Assembly (NCBI GenBank): GCA_965112735.1
Contig: OZ218962.1
Location: 2,418,001 to 2,482,000 of the forward strand
Direction: 5' to 3'
From: Phaeosaccion multiseriatum
Taxonomy: Eukaryota; Protista; Ochrophyta, other classes
Length of the DNA stretch: 64,000 nucleotides
Both the position numbers and the translations under genes were made by a program. Position 1 is the first letter of the stretch, and each line of letters begins with the position of its first letter. Below, in pieces: positions 1-13,374 of this stretch. The notes under the pieces are model-generated. The model did not search any database. It had not been told where the DNA came from and saw only the letters and a program-made list of their open reading frames with translations.

Positions 1-753
1 TGATGCTGCTGCTCAGTCGCGGTTATCACCGCGCACCTCGCGGCACGCGGCCAGCGGCAAGGGGGGGGGCAAGAAGAAGAAGACAAAGAAGAAGGAGGAG
101 GACGAGGACGACGAGGAGGAGGAGAACGAGGAGGAGGGCGAGTACGACGGGGCGGTGTTTCGCTTCACCGCTATGGATGACCCTGCTCATCCCATCCTGG
201 CGTATACGGCGCAAGGTACGATCAAGTAGGAGGAAGGAAGGGAGGGAGGGAGGGAGGGAGGGAAAGAGAGGGAGAGAGAGGGGGGGGGGGGGGGAGAGAG
301 GGAGGGAGGGAGCGAGGGAGTGAGCGAGAAAGGGAAGGATGGAGGGAGGGAAGGAGGGTAAGGGTGGGTTCTCTGTTGCTCTCTCTCTCATCCGTCTTTG
401 CTCTGTCCCCCCACCCATGCCCCTTGCCCCTGTCCCATCTACTCACAGACGCATACGACCAACTCCTCCACCGCCTCCGCCGCTCCACCCGTCCCCTCAC
501 CCGCGCCGACCCGGCCTTCCTCCGACCCCGTTGCTCTCTTGAGACGTACGGACTGAACGGTCCCCAGTTCCTCGGGGTCGGGCTGCCCGTCATACGCCTT
601 GCCATTGAGATGATGCCGGACGCAGTGGCCGCTGCTGTACACCCTGCCCACAAACCTCGTCTGCAGTATCGCTTCGTGTTGCACTTACCCTCCAAGGAGG
701 TGGTGCAGACGTGGCAGAGGATACAAGCCTTCAAGAAAGCCGCCGTCAAGGTA

Positions 754-804
<51 letters not shown>

Positions 805-1777
805 GCGTGTGCGTCTCTGTGTGTCTCTGTGTGTCTTACGTGTTTGTGGGTGCGTGTGCGTGCGTGTGTGTGTGTGCGTGCGTGGGTGGGTAGGTACATG
901 GGTGCATAGGTGGGTGGGTGGGTGGGTGGGTGGGTGATCGATCGTTCATATTTCCTGCCTTCTGGGTCCGTCTTCCACACCCCCCCTCTTCCCCCGCCTC
1001 CCCTCCTCCTCTTGGTCCTCTCAGGTCAACCCCTCGGGCTGTGCTCGAGCTGAAGGCCGAGAGCTTGTCGCTACTGCCGACCGCTCAGGCCGAGTCACTC
1101 GGTCCCTCGTGCGGGCCGTCGAGTCCGTGGAGGAAGACTTTGGTGGCGCAGGGGCGACCCAAAGCACCCTTGTGGCTACGGGAGGGCAGGAGATGGTCAA
1201 CTTGCCTGTATCAGCCAGGTGGGTGTGTGGGTGCGTGCGTGGGTGTGTGGGTAGGCGGGTGCGTGCGTGGGTGGGTAGGGTGTGTGGGTGTGTGTGTGGG
1301 TGGGTCTTGCCCCAAGATGGCCCTCCTGCTGCTGATGCTGCTCATACTGCTCCTCCTTATACCCGCCTCTCCTAACACTCCTCATCCCTCTGTCCTGACA
1401 TTCCTCATCCCTCTGTCCTGACACTCCTCACCCCTCTGTCCTGACACCCCCCACCCCTCTGTCCTGACACCCCTCCCCCCTCTGTCCTGACACCCCTCAC
1501 CCCTCTGTCCTGACACTCCTCACGCCTCTGTCCTGACACCCCTCCCCCCTCTGTCCTGACACCCCTCACCCCTCTGTCCTGACACTCCTCACCCCTCTCT
1601 CTCCTCCCCCCAGGTACCGCGAGATCAAGAAGCACCCAACAGGCTGGCGACTTGCAGTGCGCAGGAGTCACATACACGGCTGGGGCCTTTTCACGCTCGA
1701 GGAAGTGAGTGTAGAGAGAGGGCAGGGGGCGGGGTGTGTGGAGAAGAGGGCAGAGAGGTCGCCCATCTACATTTGCT

Positions 1778-1849
<72 letters not shown>

Positions 1850-2165
1850 ATTTCAACCAAACCTCCTCGATCGTTCTCTTTCAACCAAATCCCCTCAAAA
1901 GCAAGCATCCTTTTCAACACCTCGTTTACTCTGTCTGCCAAAACAAAACAACGCATACCACCAACAGTTCAAGAAGGACGAGATGCTGGTGGAGTACATG
2001 GGAGAAGTGGTTCGGCAGTGCATGGCTGACCTCAGGGAGAAGAAGTATGACGAGATGGGCATCGGCTCGTGCTACCTCTTTCGCCTCGAGAAGGACGGCA
2101 TTGTAGACGCCACCACTACCGGAAACCTCGCCAGGTTCATCAACCACAGCTGTGTGGTGAGTGAC

Positions 2166-2198
<33 letters not shown>

Positions 2199-2200
2199 GC

Positions 2201-2242
<42 letters not shown>

Positions 2243-2291
2243 CTGTCTGTCTGCCTGTCTGTCTGTCTGTCTGCCTGTGTCTGTCTCTCCC

Positions 2292-2352
<61 letters not shown>

Positions 2353-2744
2353 GTCTCCCTGTCTGCCTGTCTGTGTTTGTCTGTCTGTCTGTCTGCCTCC
2401 CTATCTGTCTATCTGTCTGTCTGTCTGTCTGTCTGTGTGATGAGGGCAGGATGCCTTGACCCTGATACTCACCCTGACCCTGACCCTCACCGTCACCCCC
2501 ACTCTCACCCTCACCCTCAACCCCAATCTCACTCTCACCTTCACCCACTTCACCCACCTGCCGACAGCCCAACGCCTATGCCCGCATCGTGACTGTGGAT
2601 GGAGGTGTGAACAAAATCATAATCTTCGCCAACACAACGCTCAAGGCCGGAGAGGAGATCACTTACGATTACAAATTCCCTCTGGAGGATGAGAAGGTGG
2701 CGTGTTACTGCGGGGCACCGGGGTGTTCGGGCTCTATGAACTGA
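1..2744 (+). CDS. Trithorax/MLL-type H3K4 methyltransferase (FYR - Win - SET - post-SET), 5' end outside window
   Basis: Spliced exons 2-215, 449-750, 1025-1218, 1614-1704, 1968-2156, 2568-2744, all GT-AG and frame-consistent. FYRC-like [26 protein letters not shown]; Win motif [10 protein letters not shown]; SET motifs [36 protein letters not shown]; post-[16 protein letters not shown]. Confidence 0.95.
1371..1600 (+). repeat. 23-bp minisatellite (CTGACACYCCTCACCCCTCTGTC)n in SET gene intron
   Basis: About 9-10 tandem copies visible immediately upstream of the 3' splice site at 1613. Confidence 0.9.
2157..2440 (+). repeat. (TCTG)n intronic microsatellite
   Basis: Visible tetranucleotide array. 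Confidence 0.9.
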
Positions 2745-3289
2745 GGGGAGGGGAGGGAAGGAAGGAAGGAGGAAGGAAGGAAGGAAGGAAGGAAGGAAGG
2801 AAGGAAGGAAGGAAGGAAGGAAGGAAGGAAGGAAGGAAGGAAAGAAAGAAAGACTGTCAAGTCAAGTCAGTCAGGCAGTGAAGAGAGGGAGGGAAGGGGT
2901 GGCCCAGGTATACATTCCCTGGGCTTCACCCTCCCACAAATACACTCTTTACACTTTTTGAGTATCTAAGCGCGAGTGTTGTGGCTAATATATCGTACGC
3001 GATGCATTGCTCCACAGTGCCTCCGGCCGCCTCTGGTCTTCTCCCTCCTCCCCCTCTCCTCGCCCTGCCCTCACCCGTCCGGCCAGGCGCCAAGTCGCGT
3101 GCCTTCACTCACGTGCTCGGCCTCACTTCGCTTTGATTCGCTGTCCGTGTGTTTCGTGTACGTCAGTCGCTCTCCTCTCGCCTAGTCCAACAGGGACCGA
3201 AAGCGAAGCGAAGTGAGGATTGAATTGCTGCCCCTCTCTCGCCCAACCCATTCAGTAGGGGCAACAAGGGTTCTGAGCCTGATGGGGTT

Positions 3290-3510
3290 GCTGACTGACT
3301 GACTGACTGACTGACTGACTGACTGACTGACTGACTGACTGACTGACTGACTGACTGACTGGCTGACTGACTGACCGTTGGGCGTGCGTGCACCCCGCCA
3401 TCCAGCCAGTAGCAGCCAGTAGCAGCCAGTAGCAGCCAGTAGCAGCCAGCAGCAGCCAGAAACAGCCAGTAGCAGCCAGTAGCAGCCAGCAGCAGCCAGA
3501 AACAGCCACT
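3290..3510 (+). repeat. (CTGA)n and 10-bp (AGCAGCCAGT)n arrays between convergent genes
   Basis: Visible tandem arrays at 3290-3375 and 3402-3508. Confidence 0.9.
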
Positions 3511-4673
3511 CCGTAGTACCAACCAGTAGGTATGCCGGTAGAAGTCAGTAGGGATTGAAGGGGTGAGTCCGGCCCGCGTGCATTGAGGCCGCCCTCGCCT
3601 TCCTACCCACCCCCCACCCACTCACCCACTCACCCACCCACCCACTGACTAGTGCATACCATCCGCTTTGCACAACAAGCCGATGCTCCGATGCCACGCT
3701 TGACTGCTTCCTCTGACAAGAGCATAGAGCATATGCGATGAGATTGCTGGGGCTTGGGCCGTCTGTTCTGCTGCCAGCTGATTGCGTGTGTGTGAGGGGT
3801 GGGTGGGGGGGGGGGGGAGGAGGAGGAGGCGGAGGAGGGAGAGGAGGAGGAGGGGCGGAGATTGGAGAGACACAAGAGACAGGGACAGCGTGTGATGCTC
3901 TGGGACTGAGTGTGATGGGGTGGGACCTTGCTTCGCCGCCTCTCACGCTCGCGGCAAAGAGAGACACCTCATCGACAGTTCGGAGACAGTTCAGAGACAG
4001 TTCAGAAATAGTTCGGCGGCAGTCAGAGGAGTGCATTGGTGCATTAAGTTAAAATCTGAAACTTGTTGTCCCTCGTATGTCGTCAACCCCCCATGTGGGT
4101 ACGGAGGAATGGTATAAGAGTCGATGTCGATATTTACGACCGACGACCTCTGCCCCGGCCCTACCCCCCCCCCCCCTTCCACCCCTACACTGACACGTGA
4201 TGGGCAAGGTAAATGACAAGATTTCGTGCCAACAACACGCACTTTGTGAATGTTCTTCATGTTGCATCTCCTCTTGATGGTAGCGATAGCAACAGGGTAG
4301 GGAAGAGAGAGAGGGGGTGGGGAGGGAGGGAGGGACGGGGGCGGGGGAAGTCGCGTGGGGGCTTCCTCTGGACCCGAGCCCTGACAAGTCGACGTGCCGA
4401 TGCCGTAAGTCGCTTCCAGTTTTCCAGTTCCACGTGTTTACACAAGCGACGCTGGACCTTCGCGTCACCACTCGACCCTTGCGTTAATATTGACGTTAAC
4501 GGCCACGGAGGGCAAGCGGTTCGACCTGGTCGGTGTGGTACCGGCGGCGACGAGCACCAGCAAGCCCTCCGTCGCCGATGGTACGGCTGTGGCCAAGAGG
4601 TCTTGCTGCTTTGCCCTGAGTCGCGGCACGAAGCCGAAGAGCCGTCGCTGCTGGCTCCTAACTCGGCATCAGA

Positions 4674-4714
4674 TCAACCCACAGCACCGCCCCCCCCTCC
4701 TCCTCCTCCTCCTC

Positions 4715-4760
<46 letters not shown>

Positions 4761-7700
4761 CCCTTTTGCTGCCCCTCCTCCTCCTCCTACCGCCAACAGT
4801 CCCCTAAGGACTCCGGCGCCGGGTGAAACGGTCGAAGCGAGCAGAGCATCAGGCAGAGCAGCAGATTGAGTCTGAGCGGGTCCTGGCGCTGCAGTTGGTA
4901 TGGAGGAGGGTGCTAACGCCAAGGGGGGCTGCACGGCGTACGGCGACGGCTGAGAGGGGAGAAAGAGAGGCCTTCGCTGTAGCTGTCGTTGCTGTTGATG
5001 CTGCTGTTGGAGCTGCAGCTGCAGCTGCTGCTGCTGGAGCTGGAGTTGGTGCTGCCCCTGTTGCTGCTGCTGCTGTTGCTGTCGTTGTTGTCGCTGCTGT
5101 TGGGGCAGTTGCTGCTGTAGCTGGACCTGTTGGTGCTGCTCTTGCTGTTGCTGTTCAAGTAGTTGCTGCTGCTGCTGCTGCTGCTGCTGGTGGTGATCTT
5201 TGGTGGCTAGAGCCTTCTCTAGACTCGCTACACGCTTCCTGAGCTGATTGTTGGCGAGCTTGAGCTCCATCACCAAGCTTGTGTCTCCCAACACCACAGT
5301 GCCTGAGCGAGAGACAGAGACAGAGACAGAGAGAGAGAGAGGGAGACAGAGACAGAGACAGAGACAGAGACAGAGACAGCGACAGAGACAGAGACAGAGA
5401 CAGAGAGAGAAGACAGAGACAGAGACAGAGAGAGAGGAGAGAGAGAGAGACAGGCAGGCGTGGGGGGTATGAGTATCAAATGCGAGCGGGACGGACAGAG
5501 AAGCGCGCACACATCCCACATCACACTACAACACACATACACACACACAAACATACACATACATACACACACAGAGGGACACACACATCATACACACACA
5601 CCACACCACACCACACCGCACACGATACACCACACCACACCACACCACACCACACCGCACACGATACACCACACCACACCACACCACACCACACCACACC
5701 ACACACGATACACCACACCACATCACACCACACCGCACACGATACACCACACCATATCACACTACATCAACACAACATCAACACCCGTACAAACATACGT
5801 ACACACACAAAGGGACACACGTACGCACACATAGGGACACACACACACAACACACACATCATATACACACACCACACCACACCACACCACACCACACCAC
5901 ACCTCACCACACCACACCACACCACACCACACCACATACGATACGCCGACCAAAAAGTTCACCCGTCCCATTCCACACCACCAAAGAATGCGCACATCCC
6001 ATCCGGTGCGAAACATGCCAAAACATGCCAATAAAGTGAGTGAGTCTACCCTACGCACTCTCACCTTCCATGTCGGCTCCTCCCTCCACCTCCTCCCCCA
6101 GCGACAGGACGGCCCCTGCGCCCCTCCCATGCGCTTCCCTCTGCTCCCGCCACATGCCTCTCATGATCGCGTTTTGCCTCAGCAAGCTCCGAATGCTCTC
6201 GGACTGCGCCTGAAACATGGCCTCCATCTCACACACACGCCCCGCCACCCCTCGAGGGGGCCCCACCCCACCCTCCGTCCAGCGCTGCAGTCGAGGCATA
6301 TCGGCCAATGCCTGCACCGCTGCATGCATGGTGTTCCAGTCGGAGGGCTCAACCTCAGCCTCCGCCTCCGCCTCCTTCTCCTCCTCCGCTGCCTCCTCAT
6401 CCTCCTCCTCCTCCACCACCACCACCCCCTCCTCCGCCTCCTCCTCCATCGCGCCAGCCCCCTGTGGAGGGAGAGGGGTGAGTGGTTCCATTCCAAAGTT
6501 GTCCCTGTAGGCCTGCGCAATGCCCTTGCTGGCGAGCAGAAGGTTGTTGTTGTTCGCTCCCGGGTGGATCCGCTGGTACGACTCCTTCGTCCCCCCCGCT
6601 CCCGCTCCTTCTCCTGTGTCACCAACTGCTTGTCCTCCTCCTCCGGCTCCTTCTGTTGATGCTGCTGCTGCTGCTCTGGGCTTTTGCGCCAATGACAGCT
6701 CCGTCGCAGGCAGGATCTCCATGGTGCCCCGCTGCAGAGGAGGGGCGTTGTCCACATAGAAAGCCCATGCCATCAAAGAGCGAGGAGTCGTGAGGCAGAC
6801 AGACAGGAGGTGCGACGGCGACGACGACGGCGACGACGACGAGGAGGAGGAGCCCTCTCTCACCAACTGCTGCTTCTGCTGCTGCACCACATAAGCTCCC
6901 TGGGGCCCCATGACGGCCTCCCCGGGGGGCCATCCGCACTCCCTCCTCCAAGCCACTCCGCCCGCTTCCTGGGCGAAGGGCGAGGGGAGTGAGGGCGCCC
7001 CCTGCTGCTGTATCACCAACTGCTGCTGCTGCTGCTGCTGTTGCTGCTTGGCCACCTCCTGTTCACAGATGGCGATGTCGTCCTTAGCGATGCGGTCTAC
7101 GTACACAGTCGCAGACGCGATGATGGTTTCCAGCGCCTGCATGATGCTCAACTCGCTCGCTCTGCGCCCCTCTGTATCACCAACTGCTGCTGATGCTGTT
7201 ACCACGGCGGGCTCCGTCTCCATAGCCTGGGCTGCTTCCCCTATCCCCGACTCTCCTCCTGCTGCTGTATCACCAACTGCTGCTGTGTCACTGACTGCTG
7301 CTGTGCCACTGACTGCTGCTGCCGCCCCCATTTCGACACCACCCGTCGGTGCCTTTGCGGCAGAGTCTGACGTCGGAGCCCCCACCCCCCCTCCTCCTCT
7401 ATTTCCAGCCCCTGTCGCCGCCGTGTGCGACTCTGCCGCGGCTCCTGCCCCCGCTGCTGCTACCGCTGTATCTCCTCCAGCTCCTGTAGAGACTTGGGCC
7501 CCACGCACCCCATCTAATGAAGGCGTGGCTCCCTCCCTCCCCCCCATTCTTTCACCATTCGCTATCGCCGTCACCCCCTCTCCTGCTCCTCTTCCTCCAG
7601 CCCTTGATCTACGCAACGCTGCTTCGTCTGCAGTAGCAGCTGCGAATAGCGCCAGCCCGCCGCCGCAAGGAGGGGCAGATTCAGAGTCTTCTTCTGCGCC

Positions 7701-10700
7701 TGCCCCCCCAACCAACGTGCTGCTACTGTTGTTACCTGCCCGAACCCACCGTGCCCTGTCATGCTCCAAGGCTGCTTTACATCGCTCGACGAGGCGGTTT
7801 AAATCAGCCTTAAACATCCTGCGGTCGTCGTATTCCAAGCTCCGTACTCTCTCCAATATACCCAACAGATCCAGCTCTCCTCCTCCTCCTCCACCACCAC
7901 CACCACCACCACCTCCTCCTCCTCCTCCTCCTCCTCCTCCTCCTCCTCCTCCTCCTCCTCCTCCTCCTCCTCCTCCCCCTCCGCTCCCACCGCCACTGTC
8001 ACCAACCCCTGGCAAAAACGGCCGCAGAAACGGTAGCGCAAGGTAGTTATTGCCCGCTCTCGACCACGCCCGTTCCAACGCCGCTGCGAGTTTAACACGG
8101 GCCGATGGGGCCCTGCAGTTGAGGCATTGCTGATTGCTGGTCTGGCGAGCCCGGCGACCGCTTGACGCCAAGGCTTCTGGTAGGTGGCCCACACACAATG
8201 CCACCGGACAGTTGGCACACTTCCACAAGGGCTGGCGACTGCCTGCTCCTCCTCCTTCGCCTCCTCTTGCTGCTGCTGAATCGCCAGTTCCTCCTCCTCC
8301 TCCTCCTCCTCCTCCTCCTCCTCCTCCTCCTCCTCCTCCTCCTCCTCCTCCTCCTCCTCCTTCTGCTGCCGCCGCTGCTTTATCACCACCTCCAGCTCCT
8401 CCGCCTCCTCCTCCGATTGCTACTCCATCACCAACACCTGCTGCTGTCGTATCACCAACCGCTTCAGACAGTCCGTCCAGCCCTTCGTTCCCACACATGA
8501 CGCACTGATGCTGCGGACACAGCCAGCACCCCGTGCTCTCGGCCGCTGCCCTACCTTGGAAGGTATAGTGCGCAAGGCACCGTGTGTGGAAGGTCCGGCG
8601 GCATCCCTTGGCACAGCACTTGAGGGAGAAGCCGTTCCCACCCCTGTTGCACACACTGCTGCGGGTGTCAGGGGTGTCAGGACCAACACCACCTTGTCCT
8701 CCGCCTCTAGTGCCATTACCAATACAACACCATTTACTGTTCCTTGCCGCTTGCACCTCCGCCTCCTTTTCCTCCTCCTCCGCGGCCTTCTGCCCACCAT
8801 CCTTTCCTTGCCTCCCCGGTCCACGCCTCTCGCGCCCATTGCCACCACCTGCTGCATTACGTTTCTCCGACGACTGGTTTTGGTCTAGCATGGCCAGTGG
8901 CTCCTGGCAAAGAAAGCACAGCTGCTGATCCACAGTAAGAGAGGTCGAGTCTCCCCCCCGCCACGCCCCTCCTCCTCCTCCTCCTCCCCCAGCCCCTCCT
9001 CTACCACCACCGCCACCGCTCCCCCCCGCCCCGGAAACATGAGGACCCGCTCCCAGGCCGAACCGACTGTGTCGGTGGGTGAGTGCCGAATGGGCCCGGG
9101 CGGCCTCCGCATTCGCACTCGCTATGGCAGCTGCCGAGAAGAGCGGCAGGCCCTCCATTTGCATGAGCTGTCCCATTTGCAAGAATTGGTTCTGCTGCGC
9201 GATGAAGGGAAAGGGGGAGGCCAGGGCGTCCGCGCCTATACCACCAACACCTACAGATGACGACGACGACGACGACCCCGACAACGGCCCTCCATGGGCT
9301 ATGCCTTGTGTCGCGGCTGCCGCTGCTGCTGCCCCGCTGCCCGCCAGCACGGCGTGCCTCCACCTTAGCTGGTCCTCCACGTTCATGCCCAGCATGCCCA
9401 TATTCCCGCACATGCCCATCATCATCCCCCCCCCTCCTCCTCCTCCTCCTCCTGCTGCTGCCCCAAGGCCCATCATCATCCCGAGCCCCCCTGCCGCTCC
9501 TCCTGCCCCCCCTCCTCCTCCTCCCCCGGCCCGCCCCCCCCTGCCGTGCTGGGCTCCTCTTCTCGCCCTTGACTTTTTGGCCTTCTCCGCTGACCCTCCT
9601 CCTCCTCCTCCTCCTCCTCCTCCTCCTCCTCCTCCTCCCGCCCCGAAAGCAGCTGTCCCTCCTACCGCCCCATCCCCGCCGTCCCTCTGCCTCTTATTGA
9701 AGCCCCGCCCCTTCCTCCCCTTGGCGGTCGAAGAGGCGTCTTCGCCTCCCCCATGTCCGTTGTGTACCCCTGCCTCACTTAGGAATTGCTGCTGCAGAAG
9801 CTGCTGTCGTTGGGTGAGTCCTCCTCCCCCAACGCCGCGAGCTTGCGCCGCTGCTTTTCGCTTCGCCGCCTCCAGACCTATTAAGTTACTCACGTCCTCT
9901 CCGCGTCGCGTCCTGCAGAGCAGAAACAGAAGTAGTATGACAGCAAAGCACACAGCACAGCCACAGCAAAATGCTAATTAGGACCCATGTGGTCGGGAAA
10001 GCAGAAAAAACACTTCATTCCTCTCTACTGTTGCACTTTTAAGTCTTTCTCCGTGAGAGAAAGAAACCAAATACAAAAATAAATATAAAAACAAAAACAC
10101 AGACCCATCAATACACATTGGTGCTACCTACATTCTTTCTTTTACTTGTCTTACCTGCAACTCAGACAGTGCCAATCCCCGCCCGGGACCTTGTCCAGAG
10201 AAGGGGTGCAGCAAGACAGGTGGTACTCTGCAGGACGGGGGGGGAGGAGGAGGAGGAGGAGGGGGAGGAGGAGGAGGGGGAGGAGGAGGAGGAGGGGGAG
10301 GAGGAGGAGGGGGAGGAGGAGGAGGAGGAGGAGGAGGAGGGGGAGGAGGAGGAGGAGGACGAGGAGGAGGAGGAGGAGGGGGAAGGGCAGACAAGAGAGA
10401 GAGAAACAGAGGTGGAGAGAGAGAAAAGAGAGACAAGATGAGAGAGAGGAAAACAGGGGGAGAGAAAAAGAGAGAGAGAAACGGAGATGGAGAGATAGAC
10501 AAGAGAGGGAGATGAGAGAGAGAGGTAGAGAGAGAGAAAGGGATACACACAGAGAGAAACAAGATGGAGAGAAAAAGAGAGAGAGGGAGAGAGAGAGAAA
10601 GGGATACACACAGAGAGAAACAGATGGAGAGAGAGAGTAACAGAGATGGAGAAAGAGAAAAGAGGGGGAGATGAGAGAGAAGGGGGGGGGGGGGAGAGAG

Positions 10701-10788
10701 GGAGAGAGGCAGGGAGAGATATACGGGACAGTAACACGCCACACACACACATCCAGTCACCTACACACACACATACACACACACACAC

Positions 10789-10835
<47 letters not shown>

Positions 10836-12947
10836 TACATACACACACGCACCTGACTCGCACCCGTCGCAGAGGACGATGACCTCCTGGGAGTCACTCC
10901 CCCCACACACCTCGCAGCTGCCCTGGTTCGAATCCTCCTCCTCCATACCCGTACTATCAACCGCACCCGCCCCCCCTCCTCTCCTCCCCCCCGCCCCCCC
11001 TCCCCCGCCGCCGCTGCCGTTTGCAGCATGTGTGCCAGAGTGTCGTGACGCTCCTTGCAGGGAAGAAGAAGAAGAGGGAGGAGGGAGAGTCAGAGGCAGA
11101 GGGGGCAATCTCCCTGCCAAGATGTCGCTGGCTTCTTGTACCCCCTCCTTGAACTTTTTGGTCTTGATCCTTGTGTTGGTGGTGAGCTTGTTTTTCTCCG
11201 TAAAGACTATCAGGTTGTCGGGCTTGACCCATCCGCTGTAATGTGTGGTAATGCGAGAGGGAGGGAGGGAGGGAGGGAGGGAGGGTGAGAGGGGGTGAGC
11301 GCGGGGAGGCGGGGGGGAGGTTGCGGTGGTTCGTACTTGAGCAAAGGAAAGAAAAGGCTCGATTGTAGGCCATCCATTAACATCGGACTCTCTCTTCTTC
11401 ACTTACAGTAGGTATTGAGTGTGCAAACAGGAAGAGGGTAGGAGGAAGAGAAGCAGCAGCAGGAGGAGGAGGAGGGGGAGGAGGAGGAGGAGGAGGAGGA
11501 GGAGGAGGAGGAGGAGGAGGAGGAGGAGGAGGAGAAGGAGGAGGAGGAAAGAGCGCACCTGTTGTTTGAACCCAGGAAGAAGACGCATAGCTGATCCTTG
11601 CTCTTCCGGTGTATGATAACAGCGTCGCTCTCGCCTTTCGTACAATGCTGTATCGGACGAAGCAACAGGGCAGGGCAGGGCAGAGCAGGGCAGGGCAGGG
11701 CAGGGCAGGGCAGAGCAGAGCAGCAGGAGGGGAGAGGAGATGGTCGGCGATGGGCGCGAAGGGGGAAGAGCAGGTGTATGGGCACAAGAAGAAGGAGGGG
11801 AAGGAGGTTCGTGGAGGGGGGTGAGGGGAGGCTTGGTCAGAGAAGGGGGGGCACTCCAGTGCGACCCAGCGACTGCCGCTGCCGCTGCTGCTACCGTTGA
11901 TTGTGCTGCTGCGGTGGTCACTACTTGTACTGCGACGACCGCTACTAACTACTACTGCTGCTGCGCAGTACCGGTCAAAACACCCGTGAGCCGGCCGTGT
12001 ACTTCCGTCCGCCCCAACGGCCACGCCGCTCCTCCAAGGGCCATCCCAACCGATCGAGACGCGAGTCCGACCACTAGGATCCCCCTTGAAGCCCACAGGG
12101 GTGCGGCGCACGAAGGGGGGGGCGGGTCGGCGGCTTGTGTCGCTAACGCCTTGCCCCCCGCCCGCGGCACTCATCCCGTTCTGGTGCTGCTGTCAGCCTA
12201 CGGCGAGCATGCCCCCCTCCTTACTCGTCCCTGACAAGTACCTCACTACTGCAAAAACCGAAAACCCGTCTGCACCACCCTTCCCTCTACTGCACACATT
12301 TCGCCCAAAACGGGGAATCCCCGAACCTCGACCGACATGGGGCCGGAGCAGCAGCAGCAGAGGAGTGGCAAGAGCACAACACAGACCGATGGTCTCTACA
12401 CCCCATCCCACACACACGACCCTTCCTACGCCCCTCTTAACAGCTCAACTGCAGGTCGGGCGGCCAGTGAGGCAATTTGGGCAGCAATTCCCCTCCTTTA
12501 AAGGCAAGTCTCACTCACTCGTGCCGGCCAATAGGGATGCCCGCCAAGCTTGGCCCACAGGACTTTGCTTCTCTTGACCATAGCCAGGTGCTCTGCCGGC
12601 GTCTCGGTTGCTGGAGCGTCGCCTGCTGGTGGTGGTGCTGGCGCTGGCGCTGCTGCTGGCCCAGTTTGAGGTGGGGAGGAGGAACAGGACGGCGGGGATG
12701 CAAGGTCCTTAGCGGCTGCAGCGGCAGAGGCCCCAGGCGCCGGGATCGAAGCCCCATCTTCCGCCGACGCAGGCGCTGCCGCTTGTGTTGGTGCTGCTGG
12801 AGCGGTCTCCCCATCACCTGATCGAGGAGATGAAGGCAAGAGGCACCAAAATGAGTGAAAAGAGGACGATAAAAAAAAAGGACATCGACCGCATTGAGAC
12901 CCACTCGTACCTCTGTGGTCACTCCTCCTCGCTCGCCTCGTTGTCAT
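4674..12947 (-). CDS. PWWP + PHD + NSD-like tandem PHD/Cys-His fingers + bromodomain-like chromatin reader (~1,785 aa)
   Basis: Exons (minus) 12947-12911, 12817-12519, 11647-11559, 11235-10853, 10227-10155, 9912-6065, 5302-4674; total 5358 nt, in frame. PWWP: VLWAKLGGHPYWPAR...VFFLGSNNSGWV. PHD: CEVC...VLCDGCESEYHLSCC...DWHCLSC. Further fingers: CCAKGCRRTFHTRCL...WLCPQHQCVMC...CANCPVALCVGH. Bromo-like: ALPFLRPF...LDLLGILERVRSLEY...FKADL. C-terminal coiled coil. Confidence 0.85.
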
Positions 12948-13374
12948 GGCGTCCTCCTCCCTCCCTCCCTCCCTCTTTCTTTTTGCCTTTGGCGGCTGAG
13001 GATTTGAACCAAAACAGGCCCCCCTGGGTCACGGAAACCACTGAGGCGCGTAACGGAGAGGGGCTGGAAATGGTAAAGGACGGGGAGAGGAGTATGTGCT
13101 TGGCAAGGAGGAAGGGACCAAGTGTAGGAGTGGAATAACGCGGCGATAGAGGACTGTAGCAGTGCGGGACCGTCAGCGGCCTGAGGTAGTGGCTGAAGAA
13201 GAGGAGAAAGGAGACCCACGCGAGGGAGCCAGCGGGACGACAAAAGATCGCTGGGGACGACGCTGTCCTCCTGGGCAGCAGAGACGCGGGAGTTGGTGGG
13301 AGCCCCATAGGCCGCACTGCTGAGCAGGCAGTAGGAGCCTGTCTCGAAGGTGTTCTGCTCCTGTGTGGAGGGAA
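12948..13374. promoter_or_regulatory. Probable bidirectional promoter
   Basis: Only ~430 bp separate the divergent ATGs at 12947 (-) and 13375 (+). Confidence 0.5.

Noticed and set aside
1371-1600. Regular short repeats resembling a CRISPR array
   Set aside because: Contiguous tandem units with no unique spacers, in a eukaryotic intron, with no cas genes.
3974-4030. Four to five degenerate 11-bp CAGTTCRGAGA units
   Set aside because: Short local tandem repeat between convergent 3' ends with no supporting context.
4257-4673. Reading frame stays open for ~139 codons after the TGA of the PWWP-PHD gene (possible readthrough)
   Set aside because: GC-rich sequence, unremarkable peptide, no SECIS-like structure recognised.
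7009-7020. Core TATCACC of the dispersed motif equals the phage lambda operator half-site
   Set aside because: No paired half-sites or phage genes; a coincidental 7-bp match.
6910-9981. Long plus-strand ORFs (6910-8046, 9079-9981) rich in Pro/Ala
   Set aside because: Antisense shadows of the Gly/Ala-rich minus-strand exon.
11650-12518. ORF-like GC-rich sequence inside the PWWP gene intron
   Set aside because: Flanking exons join to give an intact PWWP domain; internal ORFs have stops and no motifs.
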